This document shows, in pieces, positions 50,907 to 61,064 of a stretch of 64,000 bases of DNA (position 1 is the first letter of the stretch; the number at the start of each line of letters is the position of its first letter). The notes under the pieces were generated by a model. That model was not told where the DNA came from, made no database searches, and was given only the letters and a program-made list of their open reading frames with translations. The stretch is from Salipiger bermudensis (lineage in GTDB: Bacteria; Cyanobacteriota; Cyanobacteriia; PCC-6307; Cyanobiaceae), in contig CAXQPR010000039.1 in NCBI GenBank assembly GCA_964225855.1, forward strand, positions 8,889 to 72,888, given 5' to 3'. A program made the position numbers and the translations under genes.

Positions 50907-52283
50907 TCATCCCATGGTGACGAACTCTTCAGCCACCGAAGGATGCAACGCCATCGTGCGATCGAAGTCTGCTTTGGTTGCTCCCATGCCGATGGCAATC
51001 GCTGCCATCTGAATGATTTCAGCGGCGTGTTCGCCCACCATGTGACAACCGAGCACCCGATCGCTCGCCTTATCGACCACCAGCTTGAGCAGACAGCGGG
51101 GACCACGCTTCGGCAGGGCCTGAGCCATGGAGCGGAAGCGGGCGCGATGCACCACAACCTGATCAGCACCAAGGCGTTCAACGGCAGCCTCTTCACTGAG
51201 GCCGACCGTGGCCAGTTCCGGCTGACTGAACACGGCACTGGCCACCAAGTCGTGGTTGACCTGTCGCTGAATCCCACCAAAGGCAGCATCGGCAAATGCA
51301 CGCCCTTCATCCACCGCCACGGGCGTCAGACAGATCCGGTCGGTCACATCACCGACCGCATGAATATGGGGCACGTTGGTGGCCTGATCGGCATCCACTG
51401 GCACACGATGGCCTTCCACTTGCACACCCGCAGCCGCCAAATCAAGGCCATCCAGGAAAGGGCGGCGCCCCGTGGCCAGCAGCACCCCACCGCAGGGCAA
51501 CCGCTCACCAGCGTCGGTGCAGACCACCAAATCTCCGGGTGATCCCTCAATCGCCGTCGGCGCCGTGCCAAAGCGCAGATCGATCCCCTTTTCAACCATC
51601 CCCTCCTGGACCGCATCGGCCAGCTCACGATCAAAGCCACGCAGCAGGTGATCCCGCCGCACCAGCTGCGTCACTTCAACGCCAAGCCCCCTGAGGATGC
51701 AGGCGAACTCACAGGCGATGAACCCAGCCCCGACAATGACCACCCGCTGCGGGTAGCTCTCCTGCAGAAACATGTGATCACTCACCCAGGCCAGGTCCGC
51801 CCCGGGGATCGACGGTCGACTGGGCTGACCGCCAACGGCGATCAGAATTCGGCTCCCATGCAACACCTGCTCCTGCTCACCATCGCCTTCACGACGCACA
51901 GCGATCCGATGGTCATCAAGGAAACGTCCCCAGCCCGGCACGAGGGTCACCCCTGCCTTTTCTAAGAAGGAGATGTGAAGGGCATTGAGTCGATCCACCT
52001 CATTGCGCACGTTGTTCAACAACATCGACACGTCTTGTTTCTCCGCGGCGACGGTGACTCCATAGCTGGCTGCATCCGCCAACTGCTCCTGCACCTGGGA
52101 TCCATACACAAGCAGCTTCTTGGGTACGCAGCCGCGGATCACGCAAGTGCCGCCGACCCTGTCCCCCTCCACAATCGCCACCCGCGCCCCATGGCGGGCT
52201 GCCCGCTTGGCAGCAGCCAACCCCCCGGAGCCTGCCCCCAACACGATCAGATCAAAAGCAGGGGAATCAAGGTTTTGTGCCAC
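50907..52283 (-). CDS. gor: Glutathione reductase
   Basis: GAGSGG, GGTCVIRGCVPKK, GAGFIACE, LTPVA, HPSVAEE. Confidence 0.96.
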   Translation of the reverse strand: MAQNLDSPAFDLIVLGAGSGGLAAAKRAARHGARVAIVEGDRVGGTCVIRGCVPKKLLVYGSQVQEQLADAASYGVTVAAEKQDVSMLLNNVRNEVDRLNALHISFLEKAGVTLVPGWGRFLDDHRIAVRREGDGEQEQVLHGSRILIAVGGQPSRPSIPGADLAWVSDHMFLQESYPQRVVIVGAGFIACEFACILRGLGVEVTQLVRRDHLLRGFDRELADAVQEGMVEKGIDLRFGTAPTAIEGSPGDLVVCTDAGERLPCGGVLLATGRRPFLDGLDLAAAGVQVEGHRVPVDADQATNVPHIHAVGDVTDRICLTPVAVDEGRAFADAAFGGIQRQVNHDLVASAVFSQPELATVGLSEEAAVERLGADQVVVHRARFRSMAQALPKRGPRCLLKLVVDKASDRVLGCHMVGEHAAEIIQMAAIAIGMGATKADFDRTMALHPSVAEEFVTMG

Positions 52284-52405
52284 GGTCGCCAGAGTTCAGA
52301 AGCATCCCAACTCGGGCATTGTGCACGCGATCCAAAGCAGCGTGAGGAGTTCAACCTTGTTGACGATGGCGATTGCCGGCGCAGCATCGCTTCGCATGGG
52401 GATTG

Positions 52406-53140
52406 ATGCGATCGGTGGGCTCGGACACACCAAAGCCAAAAGGTCAGGCCATAGTGGCGACGAGTTCAGCGCCAAGCACCCTGCATCTCGCTCAGTACGA
52501 CCGCATTCCCAACCCCGACGACGGATTTACGTTGTTCGAGGTCGATGTGCAGCGCCTGCAGCCCACCCAGATGTGCGTCGGACTGGCCGAAGTGCGCAGC
52601 CGGCAACGGGATTTCCTCAACGACAGCGAGGAGGAGCGTCAGCGTTATCTGCACACCAAACCTGTTCCGCTTGTGCGCAACCGGAGCGGCGCGCTGTGGA
52701 TGGTCGACCGTCACCACCGGCTGAGGGCTCTGCTGGAGATGGATCCAGCGGTCACCACCTACGGCTACGTGATTGAAGCGCTGGACACCGACGACCGCCA
52801 AGCCGTGCTTCAACACCTTCAACGGCGTGGATGGCTTTATCTGTTTGATGGGCGCGGCACTGGTCCCCACGCTCCAGAGTCACTGCCGTCCAGCCTGATG
52901 GGTCTCCAGGATGACCCTTACCGAAGCCTGGTCTGGAAGCTGAAGAAAGAGCGGGCCATCAAACCTCAGCCCTTGATCCCCTATCACGAATTCCGTTGGG
53001 GGGCCTGGCTGCGCAGCCGTCCGCTGCCCCCCTTCAGCTCCGCGCAGTTGGAACCGGCACTGCCTGCTGCCCGCCATCTTGTGCGCTCATCAGGTGCTGC
53101 CCATCTGGCCGGTTGGACTGGAGACCAGACAAGGGACTGA
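52406..53140 (+). CDS. ParB-like/Srx-fold putative nuclease (ParBc_2-like)
   Basis: L.PTQ..VG..EV, PVPLV, DRHHRLRAL, DDPYRSL, EF.W; start uncertain. Confidence 0.82.
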   Translation: MRSVGSDTPKPKGQAIVATSSAPSTLHLAQYDRIPNPDDGFTLFEVDVQRLQPTQMCVGLAEVRSRQRDFLNDSEEERQRYLHTKPVPLVRNRSGALWMVDRHHRLRALLEMDPAVTTYGYVIEALDTDDRQAVLQHLQRRGWLYLFDGRGTGPHAPESLPSSLMGLQDDPYRSLVWKLKKERAIKPQPLIPYHEFRWGAWLRSRPLPPFSSAQLEPALPAARHLVRSSGAAHLAGWTGDQTRD

Positions 53141-53229
53141 ACGCCGAGACGTTCAAAAGCCAGAAGCATTCGCACTTCAAAAAAGTGCAAACAGACTTGC
53201 GATCAAGCAGCCTTCGGATCAAGCTTGAA

Positions 53230-54575
53230 TCAAGACAACATGCGGCCCACAACCCAAATCAGAGGCATGCCAAATGCAGCAGCCGACACAGTAAAAACCC
53301 TTGAGAAAGCCTGAAAACGACTTGCAAAGACAACAAGATCTTTGGACTCTGCATACGACATCAGAATCGACTCAAAAAACATAATCACGGTCGCCAAGTA
53401 AGCCAGCAGATAGAAGTAATCGAGCAGCATTGGATAGGCCAGTTCCGGCAAACCATCGTGGGAGGTTTGCTGCATAAAAACCAACGAAAGCAAAATCGTT
53501 GGTGGAATCGCCAAACGCACCTCCGCGAGCACGTCAGGGATATAACTTGCAATCACAAGCGCAAGCAGCGCAAGACAAACAGGGAAAATACTTTTCAACC
53601 ATGTTGTCGACGTCTGACGCGCCATCGGTATCTCGACAGAAGCGATGGAATGGGGACCAGCTTCATTGCCGAAATACAGCTTTTTCAATTCAGCAAGAGA
53701 CGCTAAGCGCTTGCCAGAAAGAGCCGGAGCGTCCTTCAGCAAAGAAGCCTCTACGCCTTCAAGCCGCTTCGCCATCACCCGCCGACTCACGGATTCACCA
53801 TCCTGAGCGAGAAACTTTTCAAGAACAGGGCTGTACGGCAATTTCACATAGGACAGATTTTGCCTTGGAGGAGAAATTCGATAACTACCAATCAAAAAAT
53901 CCTGAACGCTACCGAGATTAACGCTCGGGCCCAGAGCCTTGACTTTCAACATATAAGAAGGAAGAACCTTATGCCGCACAGCAAGCTCAACAGCCTGCGA
54001 GTCAAAAGGAAAATTCCGGAGATTTGGAGCAAAATTAAGATTGCCCGAAAAGCGATACTCCGACACGTAAACGTCAGAGCCAGTCTTGCTTTTCAACTTG
54101 TTAAAAAGAATTCTTTCATAAGAAAAAAATCATCTTGAACCATATCCGGAAAGCCCATGTCGGCCATGACATCATCTTCCTTGTAGCCACGCAGCCTCAG
54201 GGAGTTGTACTCACCAGGAGCAGCGATTGGCACATTAGCCAACGAACTGGGAATCCACGTCCCTGAAAGCCGCCCTGAGACATAGATCGTCTTCTGAGCG
54301 AGGTCCAAGTTCTTGATTTTTTCAATGTCAAACTTGACGTAAAGCTTTTCCTTTGCCGGTTCATAGTCACCAACCCCATTGGATTGAGCAATCGCCGACT
54401 CGACAAAAGCAAGATTATCCGCTGCATCCACATACAACGCCGTCTCCGCTCGCCCCTCCGCCGAAAAACCATCGAACGAGGTCGCTTCACGAATCGAAAG
54501 TACAAGCGGCGACAAAGCAACGACCGCAAAACTCAGTGCGGCCACAACAAACACCCACAGACGTCTCTTCTGCAT
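53230..54575 (-). pseudogene. Pentameric ligand-gated ion channel (GLIC/ELIC-like), frameshifted into ORFs 54093..54575 and 53230..54096
   Basis: beta1-beta2 DIEKIKNLDLAQKTIYVSG..W in ORF1; Pro-loop LRNFPFDSQ, pre-M1 R, four TM helices and LP...Y...D M2-M3 loop in ORF2; frames join at the T7 run 54123-54129. Confidence 0.8.
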
Positions 54576-54592
54576 TCAAGAAAAATTCTTGA
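54576..54592. promoter_or_regulatory. Palindrome abutting the channel start codon
   Basis: TCAAGAA-AAA-TTCTTGA perfect 7-bp inverted repeat in an AT-rich spacer. Confidence 0.35.
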
Positions 54593-54655
54593 GAATTAAT
54601 TTAAAAAGTCTAGCGAAACCAATAATCCCGAATCTCTTCCCGAGAACAAGTCTGT

Positions 54656-56059
54656 TTAGCGCTTTTTCCTGGAATCGATCTGAAGCAGGTCTTTGACCTT
54701 CTGCACCTGACTGGCGAGCTGGGGATCTGAGGACAGCTTCTTCTCAACCTGCTCGATGGCATACATCACAGTGGTGTGGTCTTTGCCCCCAAAGGTCTCG
54801 CCGATGCGTGGCAAGCTCAGATCAGTGCCCTGACGCATCAGGAACATGCCGACCTGACGGGCCTGGCTGACGGCACGCCGACGGCTGCTGCTGCGCATGT
54901 CATCGGCACTGACATCGAACACTTCAGAGACCTTGTCGATCACTTGCTGGGGCGTGACCTCCACGCCCTGACCACTGGGATCCAGCATCGGCGCCACCGA
55001 TTCAACCGTCATCGGCAGGCCGGTGATCGATGCAAACGCCACGGCTCGGGTCAAAGCACCTTCCAGCTCACGAATGTTGGAGGTGAAGCGGCCGGAGAGG
55101 TATTGGATCAGATCACGGGGTAGCGAAACCTTCTCCTGCTCCGCCTTCTTCTGCAGGATGGCCATCCGCGTTTCCAGATCAGGGGCCTGGATATCAGCGA
55201 TCAACCCCATCGAAAAGCGGGAGATCAAGCGTTCCTGAAGCCGAGGAATCTGACTTGGAGGACGATCGCTGGCAATCACGATCTGACGCCCAGCTTCATG
55301 CAGGGCATTGAACGTATGGAAAAACTCTTCCTGGGTGTACTCCTTGCCTTCAATGAATTGGATGTCGTCCACCAGGATCAGATCCGTGGCCCGATAGCGA
55401 TCACGGAAGGCTTGCATGCCGTCTTTCCGAATCGCCACGATCAGGTCGTTGGTGAACGTCTCCGTGGAGACGTAAGACACCCGCGCATCCGGATCGATCT
55501 CAAGCCGGTAGTGCCCGATGGCCTGCATCAGGTGGGTCTTGCCCAGGCCCACCCCACCGCAGATGAACAACGGATTGAATTCACGCCCCGGGGATTCGGC
55601 CACCGCCAAAGCAGCCGCATGGGCCATGCGGCTGTTGGGCCCCACCACGAAACGGTTGAACACGTAGCGCCGATTGAGGCCTGGAAGGCGGCGGGGAGCT
55701 CGCGACTGACCAGGCGTAGGGACAGCTACGGCGCTCGCGCTTGACTCGCTGGCCACAGCGACAGGAGCTGCTGCCGCCGGCGCTTGCGTCGATGAAGCTG
55801 CCTCTTGATCCTCCTGACGGGCCTCCACGGTGACCTGGACAGGCCGGCCAATGATGTCGGTAGCCAGTTCGGTGATGGTGCTCAGATAGTGCTTCCTGAG
55901 CCAGTTGCTGGCAAAGCTGTTGGGGGCCTGGAGGCACAGCTCGCCGTCGGCAAAGCTGCTGCAGCGCACTGGCCGCAACCAGGTTTCAAAGGTCGGCTTG
56001 CTGAGGCTGCCCTGGAGAGCGTGCTGCACCTTGTTCCACAGCTCACTCCCGCTCAACAA
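54656..56059 (-). CDS. dnaA: Chromosomal replication initiator DnaA
   Basis: [53 protein letters not shown]. Confidence 0.98.
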   Translation of the reverse strand: MLSGSELWNKVQHALQGSLSKPTFETWLRPVRCSSFADGELCLQAPNSFASNWLRKHYLSTITELATDIIGRPVQVTVEARQEDQEAASSTQAPAAAAPVAVASESSASAVAVPTPGQSRAPRRLPGLNRRYVFNRFVVGPNSRMAHAAALAVAESPGREFNPLFICGGVGLGKTHLMQAIGHYRLEIDPDARVSYVSTETFTNDLIVAIRKDGMQAFRDRYRATDLILVDDIQFIEGKEYTQEEFFHTFNALHEAGRQIVIASDRPPSQIPRLQERLISRFSMGLIADIQAPDLETRMAILQKKAEQEKVSLPRDLIQYLSGRFTSNIRELEGALTRAVAFASITGLPMTVESVAPMLDPSGQGVEVTPQQVIDKVSEVFDVSADDMRSSSRRRAVSQARQVGMFLMRQGTDLSLPRIGETFGGKDHTTVMYAIEQVEKKLSSDPQLASQVQKVKDLLQIDSRKKR

Positions 56060-56152
56060 CGTTCTGATTCCCCCTAGTAGATGGGAAATCTACGCTTGTC
56101 TCCGGGCGTGACTTGTCTTTCATGAGACCCTGTCAGAAATCCCTTTAATCTC

Positions 56153-57307
56153 ATGGACCGCGCCGCTCTAGACCGCAAGCTGCGCCCCCTGTCCTGGCTG
56201 GGGATCAGCCTGATTGGCCTCAGCCTCAGTGGCTGCGATGCGAACTGGAAGCAACGGCTGGGGATCGCTCCCGAGCCCACTCCCAACAAGCTGCCCCAGG
56301 TCAGCGACGGCCCCAGCGGGCCGCCGCTCAAGCCGGGGCGGAACGTCATCGTGTCAGCAGTGGAACGCGTCGGTCCCGCTGTGGTGCGAATCGACACGAT
56401 CAAACGGGTCAGCAACCCTATGGGAAACTTGTTCGGTGGAGCTCCAGCCATCCAGCAGCAGCAAGGCCAAGGGTCTGGATTCATCACCCGCTCCGATGGT
56501 CTGATCTTCACCAATGAACACGTAGTGGAAGGGGCGGATCGGGTGTCGGTCACCCTTCCGGACGGGCGCAGTTTTCGCGGCAAGGTGCTGGGGGGGGATC
56601 CCCTCACCGACGTGGCAGTGGTGAAAGTGGTGGCCGAGAAGCTGCCCGTGGCACCACTCGGGGACTCCAATGACCTCAAACCAGGCGAGTGGGCGATTGC
56701 CATCGGCAACCCCCTTGGGCTCAACAACACCGTCACGGCAGGCATCATCAGCGCCGTGGATCGCACCAACGCGCTTGGCTCAGGCCAACGGGTGGCTTAC
56801 ATCCAAACCGATGCAGCTGTGAATCCGGGCAACAGCGGCGGGCCACTGATCAACGCCTCCGGTCAGGTGATCGGCATCAACACCGCAATCCGCAAGGCAC
56901 CGGGCGCCGGTCTCAGCTTTGCCATCCCGATCAACCAGGCCAAGCGCATTGCCCAGCAGATCATCAGCACCGGCCAGGCGTCGCACCCTTACATCGGCGT
57001 GCGACTCCAAAGCCTCACGCCCCAGCTGGCGAAAGAAATCAACGCCACCAGTTCCCGCTGCCGCGTACCGGAAACCAATGGGGTACTCGTTGTTGAAGTG
57101 GTGGACAACAGCCCCGCCTCCAGAGCGGGCATCAAGGCCTGTGATCTGATCAAGTCGGTGAACGGCAAGCGCGTGAAGGATCCATCCGAAGTGCAGTTGG
57201 CAGTCGATGGCGGCAAGGTGGGCGAACCGATGCCCCTGACCGTGGAACGCAACGGAGCCAGCGAAAAGCTTTCCGTGCGTCCGGCCGAGCTGCCGCGACA
57301 GGATTGA
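56153..57307 (+). CDS. HtrA/DegP serine protease (lipoprotein-like, one PDZ)
   Basis: LSGC lipobox, TNEHVV, DVAV, GNSGGPL, C-terminal PDZ. Confidence 0.95.
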   Translation: MDRAALDRKLRPLSWLGISLIGLSLSGCDANWKQRLGIAPEPTPNKLPQVSDGPSGPPLKPGRNVIVSAVERVGPAVVRIDTIKRVSNPMGNLFGGAPAIQQQQGQGSGFITRSDGLIFTNEHVVEGADRVSVTLPDGRSFRGKVLGGDPLTDVAVVKVVAEKLPVAPLGDSNDLKPGEWAIAIGNPLGLNNTVTAGIISAVDRTNALGSGQRVAYIQTDAAVNPGNSGGPLINASGQVIGINTAIRKAPGAGLSFAIPINQAKRIAQQIISTGQASHPYIGVRLQSLTPQLAKEINATSSRCRVPETNGVLVVEVVDNSPASRAGIKACDLIKSVNGKRVKDPSEVQLAVDGGKVGEPMPLTVERNGASEKLSVRPAELPRQD

Positions 57308-57954
57308 GCAAGCCACCTGTCGCCCACCAGCCCCGTCCCGTGCTGGTGGTGATGAGCCGCTGGCCTGCCTTCGCGCGTTGCAAGCGCAGGCTCGGGGCCA
57401 CGATCGGCCCCAGTGCAGCCGCTGCAGTGCAGGCAAGGCTGCGCTGGCACACCCTCGCCGTCGCCACCTCCCTGGCCGACGACGGCACCCTTGACCTGCA
57501 GCTGGCGATCAGTGGGGCAGGGCTCAACCCCCACCGGAGACTCGACACCCGTCGCCAGGTCTCCTTCCACCTCCAGGGGGAGGGAGACCTGGGTCTGCGC
57601 ATGCGTCGTCAACTGCTTTGGGCCCGGCGCGGGCGAGTCTCACCGCCCCTGCTGATCATCGGGACTGATCTGCCCGACCTATCCCGCAGAGATCTCTGCT
57701 ACGCCATCGAGGCTCTGACGCACCATGACCTGGTGGTGGGGCCCGCCAACGATGGGGGTTACTGGCTCCTGGGGCTGGGCCCCGACTTGGCGCGGTCATG
57801 CCCGTCCTGGCTGTTCACAGGATTGCCATGGGGAAGTGACCGCGTGCTGTCGATCACCCGCGAGCGGGCGATCCGCAGGGGACTGACACCATTTCTGTTA
57901 CGGGAGCACAACGACATCGACCGCCTGGAGGACCTCAAGCCTTGGCAGGCATGA
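57304..57954 (+). CDS. TIGR04282/DUF2064 family transferase
   Basis: P....CKRRL, QGEGDLG.RM, IIGTDLP, GPA.DGGYWLLG, DID..EDL. Confidence 0.88.
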   Translation: MSKPPVAHQPRPVLVVMSRWPAFARCKRRLGATIGPSAAAAVQARLRWHTLAVATSLADDGTLDLQLAISGAGLNPHRRLDTRRQVSFHLQGEGDLGLRMRRQLLWARRGRVSPPLLIIGTDLPDLSRRDLCYAIEALTHHDLVVGPANDGGYWLLGLGPDLARSCPSWLFTGLPWGSDRVLSITRERAIRRGLTPFLLREHNDIDRLEDLKPWQA

Positions 57955-58664
57955 ACCCAGTCACACCGACACTGAGTGTGATCATTCCCTGCCTGAATGA
58001 AGCGCAGCGTCTGCCACTGCTGCTGGCCGACCTGCAGCGCTGGGATGGCCCGATGGAACGCATCGTGGTCGATGGCGGCAGCCACGACCACAGCAGCGCG
58101 GTCGCCCGTTTATCCGGTGCCCGCTGGCTTCAGGCACCGCGACAGGGGCGAGGCTGCCAACTGGCCCATGGCGCCCATCAAGCGCAGGGGGCCTGGTTGC
58201 TGTTCCTCCACAGCGACAGCAGGCTGGCGACCAACTGGGTCCAGGCGCTGTTACCCCTGCTCGGCGAGCCGGCCGCCAAGAACTCCGCCTGGTACTTCGA
58301 TCTAAGGCTGACGCCCAGCCGGCCATCCCTGCGCTTGCTGGAGGCCGCTGTCGCCCTGCGCAGCCGCTGGCTGCAACGGCCCTATGGCGACCAAGGGTTG
58401 CTCCTGCATCGCGATCTCTACCACCGATGCGGTGGCTATGCCCCCCTGCCCCTGATGGAGGACCTCGATCTCGTGGAGCGGCTGGCCCCCCTGGCCCGTT
58501 TACGGCCCGTCGGTCAGGCGTTACTCAGTGATGGGCGCCGTTGGAGCCGCACCGGCGTGCTGGAACGCAGCTGGCGGAATGCCCGGCTACGCCAACGCTG
58601 GCGACAGGGCGTCAGTGCGGAGCAACTGGCTGCCGACTACTACGGACGACCGATCAGCCCCTGA
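57951..58664 (+). CDS. TIGR04283 family GT2 glycosyltransferase
   Basis: SVIIP.LNEA, VVDGGS.D, LFLHSD, PYGDQG, LMED. Confidence 0.88.
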   Translation: MNPVTPTLSVIIPCLNEAQRLPLLLADLQRWDGPMERIVVDGGSHDHSSAVARLSGARWLQAPRQGRGCQLAHGAHQAQGAWLLFLHSDSRLATNWVQALLPLLGEPAAKNSAWYFDLRLTPSRPSLRLLEAAVALRSRWLQRPYGDQGLLLHRDLYHRCGGYAPLPLMEDLDLVERLAPLARLRPVGQALLSDGRRWSRTGVLERSWRNARLRQRWRQGVSAEQLAADYYGRPISP

Positions 58665-58665
58665 T

Positions 58666-59169
58666 TCAGCTGGCGTACCAGAAACCACAGCGATGGCCAG
58701 AGGGCTCCAGCTCCCAGCCGAGACGCTGGTAGAAGGGCAACACTCCGGGATCAGCAAACAGCGTGGCCCGTTCGGTTCCCATCTCCCGAAGCGCGTCCAA
58801 CACGTAATCCATCAGCTGTTTCCCAAGACCTGAGCCTTGGTAGAGCGGATGCACGGCCACATCCCAGATCGTGGCATCCAGAACGCCATCGCCAGTGCAG
58901 CGGGCAAAGCCCACCAGACGGGGGAGCCGTGGGTCATGCCGCCACAAACCCACAGTGATCAAGCTGTGATCGAGCGCTTTCCTCACGCGGCGCGCAGGCC
59001 GACGACTCCAACCCACCGACTCCAGGAGACGCTCCAGCTCCACCAGGTCCATGGGGCGGGACTGACTGAAGACCAGGCTGACCTGGGGATTGGGGGTTTG
59101 GCAGAAGCGAGCCTTCTCGCCATAGGCCTGCGCCAAAGTCTGCGCTGTGAGTGCAGGCGTTCCGATCAC
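58666..59169 (-). CDS. GNAT N-acetyltransferase (Ycf52-like)
   Basis: VGWSRRP, GFAR..GDG...ATIWDV.V.P.YQG.GLG, FY; start uncertain. Confidence 0.88.
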   Translation of the reverse strand: MIGTPALTAQTLAQAYGEKARFCQTPNPQVSLVFSQSRPMDLVELERLLESVGWSRRPARRVRKALDHSLITVGLWRHDPRLPRLVGFARCTGDGVLDATIWDVAVHPLYQGSGLGKQLMDYVLDALREMGTERATLFADPGVLPFYQRLGWELEPSGHRCGFWYAS

Positions 59170-59246
59170 CCAGCGATTGCAACCTGCTCCCGATCTTGGC
59201 GTATCACCCGTGGGGTCCACGGTTCACGCCTTGCCCAAACGCCGAA

Positions 59247-61064
59247 CTAAAGCCTGGCGAGCCCCCGTTCCTGGAGCTCCGCCAATTCCGCATAGAGACC
59301 TCCCAGAGCGCGGAGCTCCTGATGGGTGCCCTGCTCAATCAATTGACCCCGCCGGAGCACAAAAATTCGATCTGCGGCCTCAACAGTGGCCAAACGGTGG
59401 GCGATCACCACTGCGGTGCGCTTTTCGAGCAAACGATCCAGGTCACGTTGCAGGGTGGCTTCGGTGGAAGGATCCATGAAGGCCGTGGCTTCGTCCATCA
59501 CCAACACCGTGGGATTGCGGATGGCGACCCTGGCCACAGCCAGCAACTGCCGTTCCCCCGACGACAGGTTGCCTCCCCGCTCCCTCAGGGTGGTGTCCAG
59601 ACCATTGGGTAGTCGTTGCAGCAGAGGGTTGAGACCGAGATCCCGGCAGATGCTCCGCAGGCGTGCATCGTCGATGGGCACATCCAGACGCAGGTTGTCA
59701 CCAACGGTGCCGCTGAACAGGAAGGTGTCTTGGAGCACCACCCCCAGCTGGCGACGCAACTCCTGCATCGGCAGGCTGCGGATGTCACGACCGTCCAGCA
59801 GGATCCGACCCTCCTGGGGTTCGTAGAGGCGGCAGAGCAGACGAATCACCGTGCTTTTGCCTGAACCGGTCGGTCCCACCAGAGCCACGTGCTCTCCCGC
59901 TGCGATCCGGAAGTTGAGATTGCGCAGGATCGGTTCGTCGGGGCGGTAAGAAAAGCTCACGTTCTCGAACACCACTTCACCGCGTGGTCCTCGGGCAGTG
60001 GCCAGCTGGCGGATGGTGCCGTCATCGGCAGCCTTGGCGTGATCGACGATCTCGAGCGGCTCCTCGAGCAGCTCGCCAATGCGCTCTACCGCGGTGAGTC
60101 CTCCTTGGATCTGGGTAAAGCGTTCCGCCAGCTGACGCAATGGGTCGAACAGGCGTTGTGAATAAAGGATGAACGTGGTGAGGGTGCCCAATCCCATCGC
60201 CCCTGCTGTCACCATCCATCCGCCCAGGGCCAAGACCAGGGCAACAGCACCAAGGGCGACCCATTCAATGAACGCAGAAATGCTGCTATCGAAGAAAATC
60301 GTGCCATTCACAGCCTTGCGGTAGGCCAAACCGGTGGTGTTGAAGCGTTCACCATTGACGGCCTCACGCCGGAACATCTGCACCACCTCAAGCCCCTGGA
60401 GATTCTCCTGAAAATCCGCATTGAGCTGAGAGAGTTCTTCTCTCACCCGGTAGTTGGCTTTGCGATAGCGGCGTTGGAGCCAGAGAATCACAAAAGTGAC
60501 AGGAATCTGCGCAGCCAGCAGCAGCAGGCCCAGCCGCCATTCCACCAACAGCATGGTGACCGCAATCACCACCAGGCTCACTAGATCTCCCAACACACCA
60601 ACAGCCCCACTGCCAAACACCTCAGCGAGGGCATCCACATCACTCGTCAGCCGGGTCAGCAACTTGCCCACCGGCATGCGGTCGTGGAAGCGGACCGAAA
60701 GGTTGATCGCGTGGGCGAAGAGGTCTTCGCGAATGCGGGCAGTGAGCCGCTGGCCCACCGCCTGAATGTTGAAGGTTTGCACCCCCTGCAACCCAAGACG
60801 CAGCAGCACCGACACCAACAGCACCGCCACGATGAGGCGCAAGGCCACAGGCGTCTCAAGCCCCTGAAGCAGCGGAAGCACCGATTCCTTGGTCTCACCC
60901 CCGACCCGGCGCAACACCGCGATTGCCTGGCCCACAAGCAAGGGCTGAATGGCTCCTGCCAGGGCCACGGGGATCAGCAGCACCAAGGTGAGCGACAGCC
61001 GGCGACGATCGCGACCGAGATAACGGCCCAGTCTCTTGACGCGCCTTAGATCGGAGCCCGCCAT
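59247..61064 (-). CDS. ABC exporter, fused TMD-NBD
   Basis: 6-TM domain; GPTGSGKS, LSSGERQ, MDEATA, IAHRL. Confidence 0.94.
   Translation of the reverse strand: MAGSDLRRVKRLGRYLGRDRRRLSLTLVLLIPVALAGAIQPLLVGQAIAVLRRVGGETKESVLPLLQGLETPVALRLIVAVLLVSVLLRLGLQGVQTFNIQAVGQRLTARIREDLFAHAINLSVRFHDRMPVGKLLTRLTSDVDALAEVFGSGAVGVLGDLVSLVVIAVTMLLVEWRLGLLLLAAQIPVTFVILWLQRRYRKANYRVREELSQLNADFQENLQGLEVVQMFRREAVNGERFNTTGLAYRKAVNGTIFFDSSISAFIEWVALGAVALVLALGGWMVTAGAMGLGTLTTFILYSQRLFDPLRQLAERFTQIQGGLTAVERIGELLEEPLEIVDHAKAADDGTIRQLATARGPRGEVVFENVSFSYRPDEPILRNLNFRIAAGEHVALVGPTGSGKSTVIRLLCRLYEPQEGRILLDGRDIRSLPMQELRRQLGVVLQDTFLFSGTVGDNLRLDVPIDDARLRSICRDLGLNPLLQRLPNGLDTTLRERGGNLSSGERQLLAVARVAIRNPTVLVMDEATAFMDPSTEATLQRDLDRLLEKRTAVVIAHRLATVEAADRIFVLRRGQLIEQGTHQELRALGGLYAELAELQERGLARL

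Noticed and set aside
52406-53140. parABS partition system or defence island near dnaA
   Set aside because: Stand-alone ParB/Srx-fold gene with no parA, HTH or recognisable parS, and no defence genes adjacent.
54576-56152. Possible oriC around dnaA
   Set aside because: Flanking intergenic regions are short and show no DnaA-box cluster; only one imperfect box (TGTTCCACA near 56032, inside the CDS). dnaA unlinked from dnaN is common in cyanobacteria.
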